Shown: positions 59,925 through 64,000 of the stretch, one piece after another
Layout of the letters: each line of letters begins with the position of its first letter
How positions within the stretch are numbered: the stretch's first letter is position 1
Origin: Escherichia coli
GTDB lineage: Bacteria > Pseudomonadota > Gammaproteobacteria > Enterobacterales > Enterobacteriaceae
Length of the DNA stretch: 64,000 nt
Reading direction: 5' to 3' (one strand)
Assembly: GCF_013315695.1 (NCBI RefSeq)
Contig: NZ_CP054353.1
Position numbers and translations under genes: made by a program
The notes under the pieces: generated by a model
Told to the model about the DNA's origin: nothing
Seen by the model: only the letters and a program-made list of their open reading frames with translations
Databases searched by the model: none

Positions 59925-61574
59925 TTAGTCCATTAATAATTGTCGGGTCAGCGTTTCGATATAGTTCTCATCAAGCCCGGTGGGATAACCATCAAAGGCC
60001 AGGTGCAGATACTCATGGGTTAAATCCAGCCGATCCTGAAGCGTAAAGAAGTTACGAATAAACAGCCGTTTCTGCTGCCGATCGGTATAGGGGAAACCTG
60101 AGACTAAACGACAGACCGCAAACACGTCTGGTTCGTTGTAGCCCGTCTCGCCTTGCAATATACGCCGCCACTGCGGCATTTTTTTCGCCAGCCAGGCTTT
60201 CGCTTTGGGTAATAACTGACAGGTTGAGCGTGGCGCTCCCCAGCGGCTAAGGCTGTTGTCGGGATAAGCAAACGCGAGTATCTGGTCGTAACGCTCTCCC
60301 TGCCCCGCCTGGGCCGTGGCTTGCCGCCAGGAAAGCGTCCCTTCGGTAGCGCGACTGCCGTGATAATGAACCGGATCGCCCGCATAGATAAGATCCTGCG
60401 TCCAGGCGGTCATCGTTCGCGCCCCCGTGGTAGCTGGCGAAGCCGAAACACGCTGTGTGGCGCTGCTGTCAGGGATGGTCAGGCAATCGCCTTCCCGATT
60501 GGCGTTTTGCTGTAAAAAAGTGCGTATCGCCACGGTCATGGCTTTCGCTGCCTCAGGGGGCGTACTTTTCGCCTCGCGATCCAGAACTCTGGCAACATAC
60601 TCTTCACGATCGAGATGCGACTGCAATTTCAGTTTGCCCTTTTCGCTCAGTAAGGTCGTCTCACCGTGGCTGACAAACGTAATGTGGTTACCATTGGCGA
60701 ACGTCACACGATAGCGCCCATTAAGTACGCCGGGTTTTACTGCCGTCGTACTCTTTTCCGCTGCGATTTTCTTCAGCGGATAGCGGGCAAACAGCTCCAC
60801 CTCTACACATTGCCCACTGGCAACCTGCGTCGGCACTGGCAAAACCCGATTAAGCACCGTCGCATAACGGGTCAGTACCGTTTTGCTGGTGCCACTGCCA
60901 GTCACCCACAGCGGTGTACCATCGGTTAACCAGCCAGCAAAACCACCCTGACGGATTTCCTGTTTATCATCGGCAAACCAGCTCCAGGTTTTCACCCGTA
61001 CCCGACTACCGAGCATAGATGCGACACCGATTTTCGCCTCGTCCAGCACCACATCCAGTAAGACTTCCTGAGCTTTGTTTTGCGCGGGTAACGTCGCTAA
61101 TGAATCAAGCAGTGATTTAACCGTTACCGAGGTTTCTGGCTTCAGCGTAGTAAGAGACGCTAACCACGCAGGTGCCTGACGCTGTTGCCAGTATTGCCCC
61201 CACACATCTGCGCCAATATGCAACCGCTGCGGCGCAAAATAGAGCCCACAGGAACGTACCAGCGCGATATCGCGCGTTATGCTCTCCCCTGCCTGACAAC
61301 AATAAACCTCTTCCGGGGAGTTTCCGCGACACTGGTAGGGCTGCTCCGGTTGATGGGTATCCTCCAGCCAGGCGTAAACATACAGTTTCCATAAACTCCC
61401 TAACGGCGTGGTGAGCGTGTCAGGTAATGCTGAGACTTTGGTCACGCCTGATGACGACAGCTGATACAGTTGATCGTGCTGCGCGCCCCGCAGCGCCAGT
61501 TGTAACGGCGTCTCCTCCGCAAGCGTTGGCAGAGTAACCAACGCTAATAGCCAGACGATTCTGCGCCAGTTCAC
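59925..61574 (-). CDS. yfaQ: Uncharacterized exported protein YfaQ
   Basis: 549-aa ORF with signal peptide; synteny. Confidence 0.8.
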   Translation of the reverse strand: MNWRRIVWLLALVTLPTLAEETPLQLALRGAQHDQLYQLSSSGVTKVSALPDTLTTPLGSLWKLYVYAWLEDTHQPEQPYQCRGNSPEEVYCCQAGESITRDIALVRSCGLYFAPQRLHIGADVWGQYWQQRQAPAWLASLTTLKPETSVTVKSLLDSLATLPAQNKAQEVLLDVVLDEAKIGVASMLGSRVRVKTWSWFADDKQEIRQGGFAGWLTDGTPLWVTGSGTSKTVLTRYATVLNRVLPVPTQVASGQCVEVELFARYPLKKIAAEKSTTAVKPGVLNGRYRVTFANGNHITFVSHGETTLLSEKGKLKLQSHLDREEYVARVLDREAKSTPPEAAKAMTVAIRTFLQQNANREGDCLTIPDSSATQRVSASPATTGARTMTAWTQDLIYAGDPVHYHGSRATEGTLSWRQATAQAGQGERYDQILAFAYPDNSLSRWGAPRSTCQLLPKAKAWLAKKMPQWRRILQGETGYNEPDVFAVCRLVSGFPYTDRQQKRLFIRNFFTLQDRLDLTHEYLHLAFDGYPTGLDENYIETLTRQLLMD

Positions 61575-64000
61575 TTATTTCACCTGCATCCCGGTCCATT
61601 CGCTCCCTGCCGCAACACTTTGCTGTGCAGGTGCATAGGAACGCACATAACGAGCAGGAGGCAGAACGAATTGCCCTTTTTGCGAGAAGCGCAGCAAATG
61701 GCGGAAAGTGGCCGTTCCCGTCAGTTCTTTCACCGGCACCATATAGGCCAGTTCGCCCATTTCATTTCGTGCTTTTTCCAGCAACTGCCCCTGCTGTTTT
61801 CCAGCGTTCGGTTTATTGACCGAAATGCCCCACGTAGTCCTCTCAACGTCAGCCCCTGGCGGGAGCGGTACTTCCACCTGACCGTAGCGCAGAACGGCAT
61901 CCTGCTCGCTGGTAAGCGTAATTTCATCGAGATACAGCGCATCGCTGTCAATCTCATTGCTGGTCACCGGCTGCAGAGTAAAGCTCATCTCTTCTTCACC
62001 GGGGATAAGCCGATACAACTGGCGTTCAACGGTCACCGGAATGTTACTTTGTTGAGCCGTTTTTGCCGGTTCACGCCAGCGGACCTGCACATTTTGCGGC
62101 GATAATTCGTCACCAAAAGAGAGAATGTCCGGCACGCCCTGACCAACCCAACGCCAGTATTCGCCCCCTCCAGTTAACTTATGTTTGGCCCATGCGCCCG
62201 CAGGCGCAGGCAACACAACTGGAGGCATTGTCGCCATATATTTCGCCAGCCAGTTCATGGCCAGCGCGCGCTCAATAGTAGATTGCTCATCGGTCAAACC
62301 ACTTAAAATAGCAGCCGCCTGGGTAGCGTCGCCCCCGCTATTGAGCAGCACAACCGTGTGCGCCAGCGGCTGATTGCTGTTTGCCGCTTTATCCCACGCA
62401 TATTGCTGAACCTGTGGCATCACAGTGGACTTCAACTGCGCTTTTTTCAGCAACGTCATGGTTAAGACGTTTGCCACCGCATCTGCCAGTGGAGATTCCG
62501 GTGTATCGAGGATCAGGCTGTCATTGATATCGCGGGTGTCTTCCTCAGAGAAATCTTCAGTTTTAGTTCCGCGCCGGGCGATAGCTTCATCCAACCCTTT
62601 CAACAACGTTTTGCACGGCAGATTCATCTCCTGCGCCCACGCCAGCACCAGCGCCCGATGCAATAACGGCATGTTATCTGCCTGCTCGGCATAACTGTCG
62701 AGCATATGCTGCCAGTATTCCGGTTGTTGCGTTACGCCGAGCGCCTGGCTGGCCTGCCAGTCGGCGTACCATGCCCATGCCGTAAGGAAGGCGTCACCAT
62801 TGCCATCTTCACCCCACCAGGTAAAGCGCGCTCCGGGCCCCGCCAGTTGCATCAGCCGCAGACGGTTATCCTGAATCATCTGACGAATGTCGTTAGCGGC
62901 GGCACTTTGATGATCGGCAAGCGAACGCCAGGCGAGACTGAGCGGGATCAGACGGCTACCGGTGTTGATCACCCCACCCCACGGTTCATCGACTAACGCA
63001 TCAAGATTGTTGCGGAAAATCTCCTGCGGCGTTTCACTACTTTGAAGCCGGATATTGCTCGCCTGCTCGGGCAACATCAGCGCGTTCTCGCCACCGCCGA
63101 GCATGACATTTTTCTGCTGTTCAACGGGCCAGCTGTTGTCCACAAAAGACAGTTTTGTGCTAATGCTGTCCTGCACTTGCCCATTTTGTTGCAGTTCTGC
63201 ACTTAACAAGCCAGATTGCTGAATATTCTGCGTCAGCGAAATATAATTCGCCCCTTTGTGCAGCGTCAGCGTCTGGCGCATCTCAGCGCCTGCAAATTTA
63301 GTCACCAGCGCCACCGGTTCGTTATCCTGCTGACTGAAGATAAACAGTCCTGCCGCCGGTTTGTCGCCCACGCGATACACCGTTGGCATACTCCACTTCA
63401 TGTAGAGATTTTTTTCCGAACGCAGATAAGCACGCCCCTGCCCGACCAGCCCGTCGCCGTTCATCCCACGCGCGGTGATACGCCAGCGGGTTAACGAATC
63501 AGGCATCAGGAACGTGAAATACGCTTTGCCTTGTTTATCGGTTGTGAGTGACGGCATCCATGCCGCGGTATCCACCTCTTCACGCCGTGGACGTTCAAGC
63601 ATTTTTACTCGCCGCTCGCTGCGGTTAGTTGCGCCAGGCGCAACCGGCTCGCTGGAGAGCGCCTGGTCGTAGCTGATAAATGACAGGATGGAACTGGTGC
63701 GCACATTATTACGCCCCAGCGGATAGAAAAATTTGCCGATATTCGGCGCGATTTCCGGTTGCAGCGCGTAGATCATTTCATCGACCACGCCAACCGTTAG
63801 CTGCGCAGAAACAGGTTTACCTTTCAGCAACGAGGTTAATTCGACATTGACCAGTTCACCAGGCTGGTAATGGGTTTTGTCCGTTTTGACCCGGATATCC
63901 AGCTGAGGAACGGCAACTTTGATCCCGGCGTTCTGAAAACTGTACTGACCGTTACGGGTATACAGCACCGAAAAAGTGATGTTAGGAGAAAAGGAATTGC
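61575..64000 (-). CDS. yfaS: Alpha-2-macroglobulin family protein YfaS, C-terminal part; the reading frame continues past the window end
   Basis: At least 808 codons of open frame on the minus strand running to the window edge with no stop; synteny with yfaQ and yfaP. Confidence 0.7.
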   Translation of the reverse strand, partial: NSFSPNITFSVLYTRNGQYSFQNAGIKVAVPQLDIRVKTDKTHYQPGELVNVELTSLLKGKPVSAQLTVGVVDEMIYALQPEIAPNIGKFFYPLGRNNVRTSSILSFISYDQALSSEPVAPGATNRSERRVKMLERPRREEVDTAAWMPSLTTDKQGKAYFTFLMPDSLTRWRITARGMNGDGLVGQGRAYLRSEKNLYMKWSMPTVYRVGDKPAAGLFIFSQQDNEPVALVTKFAGAEMRQTLTLHKGANYISLTQNIQQSGLLSAELQQNGQVQDSISTKLSFVDNSWPVEQQKNVMLGGGENALMLPEQASNIRLQSSETPQEIFRNNLDALVDEPWGGVINTGSRLIPLSLAWRSLADHQSAAANDIRQMIQDNRLRLMQLAGPGARFTWWGEDGNGDAFLTAWAWYADWQASQALGVTQQPEYWQHMLDSYAEQADNMPLLHRALVLAWAQEMNLPCKTLLKGLDEAIARRGTKTEDFSEEDTRDINDSLILDTPESPLADAVANVLTMTLLKKAQLKSTVMPQVQQYAWDKAANSNQPLAHTVVLLNSGGDATQAAAILSGLTDEQSTIERALAMNWLAKYMATMPPVVLPAPAGAWAKHKLTGGGEYWRWVGQGVPDILSFGDELSPQNVQVRWREPAKTAQQSNIPVTVERQLYRLIPGEEEMSFTLQPVTSNEIDSDALYLDEITLTSEQDAVLRYGQVEVPLPPGADVERTTWGISVNKPNAGKQQGQLLEKARNEMGELAYMVPVKELTGTATFRHLLRFSQKGQFVLPPARYVRSYAPAQQSVAAGSEWTGMQVK

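Overview
This window is a syntenic block of Escherichia coli/Shigella core chromosome (the K-12 49-50 min region, lpxT to yfaS), and I found no undescribed biological system in it. Every substantial ORF maps to a well-known gene, in order: lpxT (3' part), mepS, pdeN/rtn, yejABEF, yejG, bcr, rsuA, radD/yejH, rplY, yejK, yejL, yejM, tRNA-Pro proL, yejO, narP, ccmHGFEDCBA, napCBHGADF, eco, mqo, yojI, alkB-ada, apbE, ompC, micF, rcsDB, rcsC, atoSC-atoDAEB, yfaP, yfaQ and yfaS (partial). What distinguishes it from the K-12 reference is strain-specific: three intact insertion sequences with target-site duplications and one frameshift. An IS4 splits the proL terminator hairpin, one IS1 sits in the yejO-narP intergenic region, and a second identical but inverted IS1 interrupts atoS. 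A 1-bp frameshift breaks yejE, the permease of the YejABEF peptide/microcin C importer. yejO reads as an intact 863-aa autotransporter, and ompC appears to be a non-K-12 allele. All gene names, sizes and K-12 comparisons are from recall, not from a database search.
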